Assembly (NCBI RefSeq): GCF_004010195.1 | Contig: NC_057721.1 | Span: forward strand, 49,727,266-49,776,412 | Direction of reading: 5' to 3' | Source of the DNA: Chiloscyllium plagiosum | Taxonomy: Eukaryota | DNA: 49,147 bases | In this document: positions 1 through 12,659 of the stretch, one piece after another | Position numbering within the stretch: the first letter of the stretch is position 1 | Layout of the letters: each line of letters starts with the position of its first letter | Program-made: the position numbers and the translations under genes | Notes under the pieces: generated by a model | Seen by the model: the letters and a program-made list of their open reading frames with translations, nothing else | What the model was told of the DNA's origin: nothing | Database searches by the model: none

Positions 1-890
1 CTTTCATCAGGTTCCTTCAATAAACACAAAAATAACATTTCCTAGGGGCATAACGTATTCTCCTAAGTGGCACATCCAATATGTAGATTAAACTATATCC
101 CCCTTTATCTAAGATGCAACTACATTCATATACAGACAGGACAAGATAGTACAATTCTGCAGAGGTATTATGGGTGAGAAAAGAATAGACAAAAAACACT
201 TCCCTACAGTTCAAAGTTCGAGTACAGACAATAGAATGGAGTGAATTCACGCAACTCCTTTTAATTTCCTGTCCAATTGCTGGCGATCACAGAGCAATGG
301 AAGATCTCCAGATTAAATTTCAGATTCAGCTGGGAAGCCGTTAGGAACGCTGATATTTGAAATATCAGGGATAACAAGTACTTCATTGAGAAAGTGAGAG
401 AGATTGCTTCCTTGCAAACCTCTCCAGCAGCTTCCACATCTGGGTATGTGTTGGGGAAAAAACCCAGCACTTCAGTCCAGGGGCTGTTGCTGAGCACATC
501 TCCTTCGGGGTCTATTTTCAAGCAATTAATGTAAGAAAACCCCATTTTAATCTCTCCCTTAAAAGCTTTGGCTTGTATTCTCCAGGAAACCAATTGACAG
601 ACAGCCCCCAGTTTTCTTTTGGCTTTTGAGTTCCAAGAAGTCACATGGTAAACTCTTTGTAGCCCAGGAAATGTCCAAATCTCCCATTTACCAATGCTCA
701 TGATCTATTAATATATATATCGCTGAGAGGCTGCATGTTGCAAGAGTCATGGTTATTCTTCAGAATGTGGATTATGGGAAGAATTGTGAATATAATTTAC
801 AGAGTGTTTGTGCGTGTTCTGCCTCTTTGTACATTAAAATTGCAAATGTGATTTGCATATTTAGTCAGCCTTCTGACTGTCTGGCTTAAA

Positions 891-1111
891 GTAGATTCCC
901 TACAGTGTGGAAACAGGCCCTTCGGCCCAACCAATCCACACCAAAGTGAAACCCACCCAGACCCATTTCCCTCTGATTAATGCAGCTAACACTACGGGCA
1001 AGTTAGCATGGCCAATTCACCTGACCTACACATTTTTGGACTGTGGAAGGAAACCAGAGCACTCGGAGGAAACCCACGCAGACACAGGGAGACTGAGCTA
1101 CCGTGCCGCCC
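891..1111 (-). mobile_element. HE1-type shark tRNA-derived SINE, internally deleted
   Basis: Reverse complement matches the + strand copies at 29890 and 32576 (gggcggcacgg head, ggtttcctcc...cacagtccaaa core, gggccgaagggcctgtttccacactgta tail). Confidence 0.85.
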
Positions 1112-3699
1112 TACTTGGTATTAATTTATTTGCTTAACAGTCAAATCAAGTGGGCACATGAATACCCAAAGTGACCACCAGGTTTTCCCCTCCCAGAGCC
1201 ACTCCCACTTCCCCAAAGAAATAGGCTTTGCAGTCAATCACAATTTTTACATCTTGGGGATTCAAGTAGAAAAGAGCTATTTCCAAATTTAGGCCAAATC
1301 ATATTGCTCAATCATAGTTGACATACCGGTATTTGACTTTAACAAGTATTACAGGAGCAAACTAAAATTATACATAAACTGATGTGGCGCTTCAATGAAG
1401 AGATCAATTCACTTATCTTGATTTGAGAAGCAGCAGAGATGCTCTAATTACAAAAGGTCATGTGGAACAGTAAGATGTTGCTTTGGGTGTTTCTGCTCAT
1501 GAATTTGACCATAACCTAATTTTGAGTTAATTGTTTTGGTTAGACATAGTTTCATTATGTAATCTGCTGAAGGACATGCCATTGTTAGTTTTTGTGTTAT
1601 GAGTAGCACTACTTATAACTGAATTACAGTTGAGGCTTTTGGAATACTTGGTTTCTATCAGATAAACCACAAATAATACAGCAATATGTTTGGAATTCAA
1701 ACATTGTACAATATCACATGATTATTTTCTGAGTGTCAAAACATGATCATAATGCTTCACCTTCTTTGTTTCAGAGCAGTATAAATTAGATTTAGAAAAG
1801 CTACTACACAAATACACTGTGAAATAACCATGCAAATATTTATTGAAAGCTAACGATTTGGTCAAAAATATTAAATATTTATTTGATTCAGTCGAGGCTC
1901 TTCTATTAAGATCATGATTTGAAGGAATATCAGTGTAACTCTGTTTGCTACTCAAACTATTTTCACATATTCTTCAGCACAATATTCTCATTTCAATACA
2001 ACATGGACATCACAAAAACTGTCAAAAGCGCTTTTTGAACTATTGACTTAATTCTTTTTAAAATGGTGAAAAATCTTTATTTAGCAATTCGAGTAATGTA
2101 CTAAAGATTCCAAGCATATGCATGCATTTAAAATAGTTTTTGTTTTATTCATTGATGAGACGTGGGTATTGCTGGTGGGCGAGTATTTATCGCTCGTCTC
2201 TAATTGCTGGGTGTTAAATATAATGTTTATTCTTTTCACACTAAGTTAGCAAATGAAATACTGCTAACAGCATCCCCTTCAAAATGCAACAAAAAAAAAT
2301 ACATAAACAATTTTGACTAAATTAAGGGCAAGGCATTTAAATGATTAAACGGACAGTATAAAAAAAGTGTGATCTGTCAAAATGAGTTAAAAAGTAAATA
2401 TATTGAGGAACTTATGGGAACATACGAGATTGAATTTCCACTCTTCCACACTTAAAAACAAACTGATTTTTTGGATTATATTTTGAAATATAAAGCAGGG
2501 ATGTAGGATATCATTTCCAAGTTCTATTGGTTGGAGAGAACCTTACTGAAGTTTAAATGATATGTTACTTGGTTTAATTTGTTTTTTTTTCCCCGAAGCA
2601 GTTTTGGAAAGACAAATTCAATATTGAACTATTGAAGGAACACAGTAATTGGAGCCAGTAACTTTGGGAATCGTTCAAGCTTCCAACAAAAATAGGCTCA
2701 AAATTCATTGGTTTGTTATAAATGTGACTCTCCGTAGATACATGAAAGTGACGTGTAATAAAAAAAAGCTTTCTCTTTGCTTAGACTTTAGAGCTGAAAT
2801 AATTTCCCTGATATTATATTTGAACGATGTAATGTGCACGGGGCTGCTGATGTTGGAGACTCACTCTCTTGACCGTCCTCGCTGCAGATTACACTTGACA
2901 CTGCGCATTATGTGAACAAGCTTACATTCTGAGCTGTGCTCCCTCAGCAATGGACTTCGAAAGTAATTCGTGAAATCCGCAGAAGCGTTGGTTCCCTTCG
3001 GTCTCGGTTTAGTTTTTGTATCTTTTACCTGGCCAGTGTCAGTGCTGTGTTTGCTTTCATGCCTTTAGTAGAAATAACATCGTTCCCAAGTTGCAGACAC
3101 CAACTTTCAGATTTGTTCATCAGGTGGATATTGAAAAGGACGCTGTGCAGTAGGTGTTCAGTCTAACCTGTTTTTAGATTGCCACTTAGGTGCAAGTTCA
3201 GTGTAGTTCAGATGTACATCTACATTACGGATAGTAAATTTAAGTCGTAATACTCTAGTTTGCTTTGAAGACTGCTTCACTCCTACCTAATGCAGCCAGA
3301 TTGGGAAAGAGAAAATTTTGAATATCCAAGTAAATATGGTAAGTACAATGATAAAAATAATACTACAATCTGGGACTTTTTCACACAGCTTTTATATGGA
3401 TACCATAAAGGAAAGACCTTTATGTATGTGGGACAACAGCTTTTGATTTTATTTGTTTCAAATAAGCATACATAGTAATCTAATCACATGGAGCCAGTGA
3501 AGAATATGTCCATTTGAAGTTTCCTGCTACCTCCATCCCATCCTATGGATTTCCCAAAGTAATAGCGTCTTAAGTTTCAGTAATTACATCAATGTTCAGA
3601 ACCTAAATTCAGTGCTTCATCTGCATTAAGATGTTTCTTGCTTACAGTCTGTATATCAGGTAAGCAACTGTGCATAAAGCCACGGTTTTATTTTGTTCT

Positions 3700-5046
3700 T
3701 GGTTTGAAGGTAGGACGCAGAGGGTGGTGGTGGAGGTTTTTTTTATCATACTGGCAACCTGTGACCAGTCGTCCACAGGGAGAGGTACAGGGTACACTTA
3801 CTTTGTCATTTATATAAATAATTTGGATGAGAATGTAGGAGCTGAAAATGTGTCGCTGGAAAAGCGCAGCAGGTCAGGCACATCCAAGGAGCAGGAGAAT
3901 CGACGTTTTGGGCATGAGTTCTTCTTCAGGAATGAGGAGAGTGTGCCAAGCAGGCTAAGATAAAAGGTAGGAAGGAGGGACTTGGGGGAGAGGTGTTGGA
4001 AATGCGATAGGTGGAAGGAGGTTAAGGTGAGGGTGATAGGCCGGAGTAGGGGTGGGGGTGGAGAGGTCAGGAAGAAGTTTGCAGGTTAGGAAGGTGGTGC
4101 TGAGTTCGAGGGTTGGGACTGAGACAATGTGGGGGGAAGGGAAATGAGGAAACTGGAGAAATCTGAGTTCATCCCTTGTGGTTGGAGGATTCCTAGGCAG
4201 AAGATGAGGCAGAAGATTAGGTCAATGTGCTGAAGAGTGGCAGATGGAGTTTAATTTAGTTAAATGTGAGGTATTGCATTTTGGTAAAACAAACAAGGGT
4301 AGGATTTAAACAGTTAATGGTTAGGCCCTGGACAATGTTGTAGAATTGGGAGACTTAGGGGTTCAGGTACTTAATTCTTTGAAATTTGCATCAGAGGTAG
4401 ACAGGCTGGTTAAGAAGGCACTTAGCATGCTTGCCTTCTTTGCTCAGACCATTGCTCAGGAGTTGGAACATTATGTTGATGCTGTACAGGACATTGGTGA
4501 GGCCCCTTCTGGAGAGCTATATGCACTTCTGGCTCCCCAGTAATAGGAAGGATATTATTAAATTGGAGGGAGTTCAGAAAATATTTACCAGGATGTTGCC
4601 AGGAATGAAGGGTTTGAGTTATAAAAATAGGCTGGACAGGCTGGGACTTTTTTCATTGGTATGTCAGAGGTTGGGGGTGGCCTTGTAGAGGTTTATAAAA
4701 TTATGAGGGGCATAGATAAGGTGAATAGCAAAGGTCTTTCCTAGAGCGGGAGAGTTCAAAAACTAGGGGGCGTATTTTTAAAGTAAGAGGAGAAAGTTTT
4801 AAATAGGACCTGTGTAGCAAATTCTTTATCTAGAGAGTGGTTCATCTGTGGAATGAACTGCCAGCAGAAGTGGTAAATGGCGGTACAGTTATAACCTTTA
4901 AAAGACATTTGGTTAGGTGCATGAAGAGGAAAGGTTTGGGGGGAAATGGGCTAAATGAAGGCAAGTTAGAATAGTTTAGTATGGTTGGCGCCGGCTGGTT
5001 GGACTGAAGGGTCTATTTCCATACTGTATGACCCTATGACTCTATG
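3700..5046 (+). mobile_element. CR1-clade (HER1-like) LINE, 3' part of ORF2 and 3' UTR, interrupted by a Penelope fragment at 3841-4210
   Basis: Translates to CR1 RT C-terminal motifs (WFEGRTQRVVV, FVIYINNLDE, LYRTLVRPLLE, DIIKLEGVQKIFTRMLPG, RLDRLGLFSL) and ends in an (atgactct)-type short tandem tail. Confidence 0.9.
3841..4210 (-). mobile_element. Penelope-like retroelement 3' fragment (end of GIY-YIG endonuclease ORF, pyrimidine-rich UTR, terminal repeat)
   Basis: Minus strand of ~4140-4210 reads LIFCLGILQPQGMNSDFSSFLIS, resembling the PLE endonuclease C-terminus (I..L.TL.P.G.N). 3841-3930 is the same arm sequence that forms the palindromes at 16790, 22211 and 34430. Confidence 0.75.
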
Positions 5047-6623
5047 GTGTTTATTAAACATTGCTATATGATTTAACACTAAGAAAAGCCTGTTAATTAC
5101 TCTTCAAAGGCACACATGCAGATGTTAAAAGTGTCTTTAAAAGTGAAAATGTACTTGTTGCAAAAATGCAGCCATTCATTTCATACTACGGTTCCTGAGT
5201 TTATTAAACTTTCTTTTTCAAAGTTGTTGAATCCTACAGGAAATTTTAAAGGCTTATTTTGCAAATGAACATAAATTGCTATCCTATTACTTGAATATTT
5301 GCTGTTCTGGTTTAAATTGTGAGTTAATTTTAGTCTTATAATCCAAAGTATATGAACTCACTGGCTCTCAGTGGTTTCTCATACATTGTATTAAAAAGAA
5401 ATGTAAACCATTGTGTATAATTAGACTTTCTGAATCTTACACACATTTCAGAAAATTTAGCCTTCTAGAAATTACAGAAGAAGAAATAAACTGATTAATT
5501 GAAACATAATGCAAGGAATTACTTTATAAACAAATAGTGGTCATTTTATAGGATTACACGGATTTTACTTGGGTGCTTTTAAGGTTTCCACATGTGTGCA
5601 ATAGATAGCTGAACACTCTGAACCCAAAGGTATTATTCAGTCTCATTTTAATTTACCATAGCACAGAGAAATCTTGGTTACAATATAATCTTTATAAAAC
5701 CAAAAACAAAAGAAGTGATTAATTATTCAAAGTCTGTAGTTATATAAAATATGACAAGTGAAACCAAACTTATCAATGGAGTAACCATTGGTTTGCCTTG
5801 TATTGTATATTAGAAGACTTACTGTTCCAGTCACACTTCCTTGCTTTCACATCACACTTGCAGACATAATTTTCTGCCAGTGTCTATGTTACACCACACT
5901 TCAGATGTGCCAAAAAAATTAAGTTATAGTATTCTATGACACACCTTATGCTGTTTATGTTTTAGATTGTAGTGCAACATTGCTATCAGTTTCCATAATG
6001 GTTAACATTACATGTCCACCTTATTTTTTTAAACCTTTCTGATGAATAACTTTGAGTTCAAAGTTTAATCACAATTTCTGAATCAGATACATATTATAGC
6101 TTATTTGAATTATTGCTCTTACAATGTTGCTATGACCAGGGTTTACAAGCACTTACGCTTAATCAGGTATTAACTGCATTCTATGTACTTGATTGAAGAC
6201 AAAACAATGATGTTTAAAATATTATGTTTGTTTTACAAGTCTATTTATACTCATTAGAACAATTATAAATTGAACTGAAGTTGACTAAATAACAAAACAT
6301 GACAGCAAAGGACCGATACAACTATGTTTTACAGCTTTAAACTAAAAAAAAGTTTGGGGGAAATACAGAGAGCCAATCAGAATCTAAAATGAGAAAAGAG
6401 TAAATGGTTCATCTAGAGAAAACCAAATCTCCACAATTTTCTGGACATGATTTTATGTCTAATGCTTGAAGCTTCAATTCATCTTTGATATTTCCAACAA
6501 TACTGCAGTGTCACATTTGCATTGTATTAGGTTTTAAGTTGAGAAATATAAGGTACTAAATGGCCAGTAAGGTCATGTGCATTTATTTGATCATAAAGCA
6601 GCCAGATAGATAGATTGATCAAC

Positions 6624-6855
6624 AAACAACTGCAGAGACTGCAGATCTGAAAAACCCAAGAACAGAAATTGATGAAGACACTTAGCAGGCCTGGCAGTAT
6701 CAGTGGAGAAGAAAACAGAGTTAACATTCCAATGCCAATGAATCTTCTTCAGATTCACCTGAAGAAGGGTCACTGGACTCAAAACATTAACTCTGTTTTC
6801 TCTTCACAGATGCTGCCAGAACTGCTGATTTTCCTCAGCAATTTCCCTTTTTGTA
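6624..6855. mobile_element. Older, diverged palindromic Penelope-terminal-type element
   Basis: Imperfect inverted arms (ggcagtatcagtggagaagaaaacagagttaac / ttaactctgttttctcttcacagatgctgcc) around ctgaagaagggtcactggactcaaaac. Related partial copies at ~13765-13925 and ~25500-25600. Confidence 0.6.
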
Positions 6856-8939
6856 TGTTTCTAATTGACAGGTTGATCAGGTATTGAAATATTAGGTAAG
6901 ATTGTCAATGACAAGTCAGTGAGAATTGTTTGTCTGAATATGTAAACTTGTTTGTAATAGGAAATATTAGAAATAATACAAGAAAACAATATGAATTAGT
7001 TCTAAACATCATGAGATGTATTTCGATTTTATACAAGCATTAGATATATTTTGTACTAAACTAACATGTCTATCAATTTATTTTTTTGCCATATTCATAT
7101 ACATATTAACCAAAGTAACTCAGGAATATGTAACAACTTCATAATGATAAATTAACTAACTTTAAATTTTGCTTTAATGCAATTCCATCAAATAAGTTCT
7201 GATTTTTAAGCTAATTGCTAATATTTTTCAAAAAAAAGTATTTATTTCTCTGAATTTCCTTATTCTACATTAATTTATACTTTCTGAAATTAAAAGTGTG
7301 GATTTCAGAAGCCGAAACAAATCTTAAACATTATCTTTTTCTCATAAAATTTGTCTCTTGCACTTGTTAAAGCTCGTGACATTTTATCAAAAACCAGCAG
7401 CTATTAAAATGTTTCTAAAAGGGATTTATTGCATATTTGCTTGTAATCTTTTGAAGTAACAATATGCAGAAGTATACAAAGTAAAACTTGAGAGTTTTCT
7501 TTGTATAAACATCTGCTGGTTATCTTTGATATAATAGTTTACATTTTGCAGCAGAAAATTGAAGGTAATGAAATTGTTATATTTCCAATATCTAATTTTT
7601 AATTTCCACACTTTGTATCCAAACTCTCTGATAATACTAAAATGCATAAACCACTGTACGTGCGTGAACAGCACAATATATGATTTTTAAAACACAGTTT
7701 CTTCCTGCTAACAAAATAACCTTCATGATTAAATCTTACATTTATTCCACTTACTATTCGTGCCAGTCTTTTCACTTAGATTCTGAACAGAAATTTTGTT
7801 TCCATAGTTGTAAGTCTGAAAAAACGTATACCATATTATTAACCACATTTAGAATAAGTATGTCAAACTAACTTGTGTAATTTTAGGAAAACTATGTATA
7901 TTAAACTTGCATTAAGTAGTGTGATAATTATGTCCTTAACCCTACATTAAATATGTTTATAACGTACTCTTAACTACGTATATAATGCAATGTATGTAAG
8001 CAATTTTAACATAAATGTTTCACTTAATCAATTTCCGATGAGAAATTGTTTCAAATGTCTTATTGAAACTATTTCAAATAAAATGTCTGATGAGAATTTG
8101 TCAGAATTATATTAAATGATGTATATGTTCTGTTCACACAACAAAAATGATTTGCATATCTGTCGTTTTAAAGGCAAAAAGATAAAAATGACCAGACACA
8201 AGTAGGTGGTAGAGGAGCTAGCCAAAAGCATGATTGAAGTGTTTAATATAGCGAAGCATTTGAAAGAGTATGGACATGTACAAGAACTGAGATTTTTGGG
8301 AATTGAGTTTTTGAATGCTGGATTTATTGCATGAATATTGTTAACAGGCTAGACTAAATTGAGAACCTGGAGCTTGAAGGGATCATCAGATTTAGAATAT
8401 TTTTCAAGGTTAAAATCCAGCTTCATGGTCATGGCTGTCTTTGTTTATTTATTCATGTAAGGTGAGTGTTGTTGGCAACATCAGCATTTAGTGCCTATGC
8501 CTGATTGGCCCTGAGAAGACCAAATGAGAACTCAATGAAGGTAATTTTGGACTGGAGCAATACTAATACCAAAGGAAGCAAGCATCAGGAGAGATATAGG
8601 ATGGTATCTTCCCATTTCTTAGCTAAATCCAAGTGCTGGAGAGATTGCCGATGCCTTGTCAAAATGTGAAGGCCTAATGGATCTTCCAGCAATCAAGCAG
8701 CTGATTGGTTTCTGGTGAGTTCTCCACTCATATTAGAGCAGGATGACTGCCAAACACTTCCAGCCAATCAGGGGCTGATGTTGTAAGATGAATTCCCACC
8801 ACAGCACACTATCACGTGTGATCCAGCTGGTAGATTTGCAGCCACTAATCTCTTTCCTGGTCGAGATCTACAGAGTCTACTTGATCTAGTGTAGTCAGGT
8901 ATTCTAACAAGCAGAGGCCGTTGTCTTAAATGAAGTACA

Positions 8940-9150
8940 GTTTTAAAGTGAAAAGAAAGTTTAGGGGAAAAGGTTTTTTACACAGAGGGAGGGAGTAATT
9001 TGGAATGCATTGTCTGGGAGGGTAGTAGAGACACTTGAAATATCATAACATTCAAGATTATGAGCCAGGTGCTAGCAAGTGTGATTAGTATAGATAGTTT
9101 GGCATAGACTCAATGGCTGAAGGGCCTCTTCTGTGCCGCGTAACTCTATG
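8940..9150 (+). mobile_element. Degenerate CR1 LINE 3' end
   Basis: Resembles the CR1 3' ends at 4780-5046 and 47500-47785 (ttttacacagaggg...tggaatgcattg...gaagggcctcttctgtgc...ctctatg). Confidence 0.7.
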
Positions 9151-9955
9151 TCGAGACCCATATGTGGGTCAGTAGAGAGTGCAGCACCGGAGCAGTCAAA
9201 CTCACAAGAGGTACACCCTGTGGACTGAGTTCCACCAGTAATCAGCTAAGTTGTAGTTTTGGAGAGTTTCACTGGCAATGTTATTCCGTGAGCTTCAGCG
9301 AGTTTTTTCATGGTGTTCTCCACAGCTCACCTCATTAGTTATGCAGCACACCTCTGTGATGTTTTGCTCACACTATTCTCCCCTTCACCAGAGCCAGAAG
9401 TCCCTGCTGCTGCTAGAAACTGCCAGGATTCCTGATGCCTGTTCCATTATTAAAGCCCAGCCATGCTGCGGGTCAAGTGCTGCCAGCCTTCATCATCCAC
9501 ACAGAGGGAGGGGAACCAAAACAAAATGATTGTGAGAGCATGTTGGTGGCACAGCTCGCACTTCATTGCAAGTACAAGTTCAATGTGGGACCCTCACATT
9601 TACTGGAAACCTAATAAATAGTTGAAGATGTTCACTTTTATTCAGTTTTGTGTGACACTGCAGTCCTCTATCATGGTGAAGGTGATGTGTCTCCTACTCA
9701 TTGTCCCCATCTTCCTCCTTGGAAGACTGCTAATGCTTTCCCAGCTCTTCAGCATCCATCACTTCCCCTCTTTGTCTGCTCCAGTTGTATAGAGCACAAT
9801 GTGCTAAAATTATTGGTAGACTCTGTCTAGACTAGATAGCAAGGCCCCTCAAGCCAATCCAGGCACTGAAATTTCACCTTCATCAGGCCTAGCATCCTCC
9901 CAATAATTAACTTACGTTGAAGAATGGATTACATTGTGTCCACACTCATCCTCAG

Positions 9956-10427
9956 TCAGGAGGTTGTATAAAGGAGACACCAGCTTTGTAGGGAGCCCTT
10001 GTCTCCCAGTAACCATCCTTCTGAGGCATTCAGTCCTTGAAGCAAAGCAGGAACATGGGAGTTTGGAAGGATATGGGCATCATGGCATTCCTCTGGATAC
10101 CTGGCACAAAGGTCTAAGAAGTGGTACCAATGATCACAGATGACTGGTCCATTGCTAGAATGGAATCCTTCAACAAAAAAAATGCCTGTAGCATTATGAT
10201 ATGACGCTCTCATTGAAATGTGCGTCCAGTGTATTTCATCTTGCACCTGGAGAAAGACAGCCATTGGAAAAGTCTACTGCTTGGGCCACACTACAGTGAA
10301 GTGTGTGATCAGGTACTATGGAATTAGCCTTAATACATCTATGGGTTGGTGAATGTGAGATCCCACACAGGGCCCCATTCGATCCTTGGAACCAACTAGG
10401 TGCAGGATAATGTAATTCAGTTGTCAC
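9956..10427 (-). mobile_element. PIF/Harbinger DDE transposase relic (HARBI1-like), frameshifted
   Basis: Two overlapping minus ORFs give FQGSNGALCGISHSPTHRCIK and QVQDEIHWTHISMRA...GFHSSNGPVICDH...CARYPEECHDAHIL...GWLLGDKG, collinear with Harbinger motifs (GISQS.V.RCI; GAIDCTHI; KGFHS.N.Q.VCD; PGS.HDA.IL; WLLGD.GY). Confidence 0.85.
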
Positions 10428-11263
10428 CTAGATGGCCAGTTAACCCTTCAGGTGACAATCCTAGTGGAACCTCAGCTTGAATTTCTTCATGTGGAGGCTC
10501 CAGCAGCTGTGGGAGTTTACTGCTGGTCCTGGGCTTGCTGCTGCATCTGTCCCTCCTGAAGTTCTCTGTGCCTTTGTAGCACTGCAGCCACAGAGACTAT
10601 AACTCTTGCTGTGGCTGGATCCATTGCTTATAGCCAAGGGGAGTGTCAGAAATAGAACAGGTCCTTTGTAATGTAAACCATCACATTCACATCACTGACA
10701 AATGACAGTTTAGCATAGCTGTCAAAGCAGTGGGGCAAAGAGAATTACAACAAGAAGGGCCATTGAATGGACCTTTGACATATTAGACTTTATTCTAATG
10801 GATGCAACACAAGGTATGCGACCCAAATGGAGTAATACAAGATTGTAAGTGCAATAGGGTTATCAAAACTTTGTTCCCCACACCATCCCTCCGCATTAGC
10901 CATGAAGGGCAGTGTTGTGTCTAAAAGCACAATGGCTAATGATTACTTTCCAAGGTGAAAGGGAATTAGTTCTGTGTCTTTGAACAGCCTATCAAAATTT
11001 GGGTGGCTTTTGTAAATTACAGCTCACTGGTGACACCCTTAAGATTGCCTGTGATTATTTCAGCTTCACAGAGATGACTGTGATCAACCTGGAATGACCA
11101 GTGACCTGGTCGAAATTTGTTTGTGACCAGGATTTGTACCCCATTTAGTTTGACATTGAATGCATTCCACATGCAGCATGTTATGATTACTTGTGCAGTG
11201 AAAGAACCTGATTTAATGGAGATATCCTTCGAAGGACTTCACATCACTCACAAGTCACAAGAG

Positions 11264-11582
11264 TGGCATGATGGTGAGCAATGCTACCTCACAGCTCCAG
11301 GTTTGATTCTACCCTCAGGCAACTGTCTGTGTGGAGTTTGCACATTCTCCCCATGTATGCATGGGTTTCCTCTTGGTGCTCCAGTTTCCTCCTACAGTCC
11401 AAAGCTGTTCAGGTTGGGTGAATTGGTCATGCTAAATTGCCCATCGTGTCCAGGGATGTGCAAGATTAGCTATAAGAAATGTGGGGTGGTGGCTGTGTGT
11501 GGCTGAGATGCTCCTCAGGGGGCCATGGTGCACTCAATGGACTGAGTGGCCTGCTTCCACATGGTAGGGATTCGATGATTCA
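11264..11582 (+). mobile_element. HE1-type SINE, diverged
   Basis: cctcacagc...tgtctgtgtggagtttgcacattctcccc...tttcctcctacagtccaaag...gaattggtcatgctaaattgccc, shared with the other copies. Confidence 0.85.
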
Positions 11583-11769
11583 AAGTTGAATCTGTGTCCT
11601 CCAGTAGAAAAGCAACATGGACTCTGTACTCCAGATGTAATGTCAGTCCCCTTCCATTTTCATTGTGTGTATACCTGACAATTGAAGGTAGTGCAGTTTG
11701 CACAGCAATGTGGTCTGCAAGCTCAGCCTGGTAATCAAGGTAGGCATCCTTGCAAGAGGATTCGCAGTA

Positions 11770-11995
11770 AGGTTAAGTTCTCTCCTCTCTCCACAAGAAT
11801 CTCAGCGAATCTCTCTCTCTCACTGCAACCCCCTGGTCAACTCCTCTGCCCTGAAGCTCTTCAACTATGTACTGAACCACCCTGGAGGCTCCCTGCCTTC
11901 ATTCCTGATGAAGGACTTTTTGCCCAAAGCGACGATTTTCCCGCTCCTCGGATGCTGCCTGACCTGCTGTGCTTTTCCAGCATCACTCTAATCTA
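11770..11995 (+). mobile_element. Penelope-like element fragment with one terminal arm
   Basis: 11900-11990 (ttcattcctgatgaaggactttttgcccaaagcgacg...gatgctgcctgacctgctgtgcttttccagc) is the palindrome arm. The ~130 bp before it is pyrimidine-rich and may be internal element sequence. Confidence 0.6.
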
Positions 11996-12659
11996 TGCAC
12001 CGTACCTGTGGCCTACTCCCCAGACCCTGACCACTGCAAGAGGCTAGCTGACTGTGTTCAAGCCCCTGGACTGAGATCAGGCACTCCTGTTGTCAGGGAC
12101 CCCCCTGATTGAAGGCTGTCTCCCTTGGCCTGAATGAGGGCTACACCCCTTAGAATTTGAGACATGGCCGTTTGGTTGAGGCAATGTGCAGTGTGTTTGC
12201 TGGCACATGGTGTTAATATGGTGCCACACACAAGCATGCCCCCTTTGATTGTTCACTCCTGACAGCCTTGTCAAGCTGCTTGGCATTGTCTGCACTGAAA
12301 GGCAAGGTTGTGTGCTGAGAGCCTGGAATTTCTGAATGTAGTCGCAAATTGCAAAAAAAAGATCCTGTGAACATCCCTGGAATCCACATTGGGTCCGTCA
12401 TTCCGCCACCTGTTCTATTATCTAATGTCAATCTCCTGCCTTTTCCCCATATCTCTGCACACCAAATAATCTTCCAATTCATTCACTAGCAAGATTCTCA
12501 TCACGCTTCCAAAGCTTAGTTGCAAAATTGGACATTTTATTCCTGACGTTGAGAATCTCTTTCTTTTCTGAACTCACCTAACTCTCCCAAGCAACTTGCC
12601 ATTGCTCACATTGTTCACGAGCTGGGAAAATTCTGTGGACCAATCAAATGAAGAAGAAA

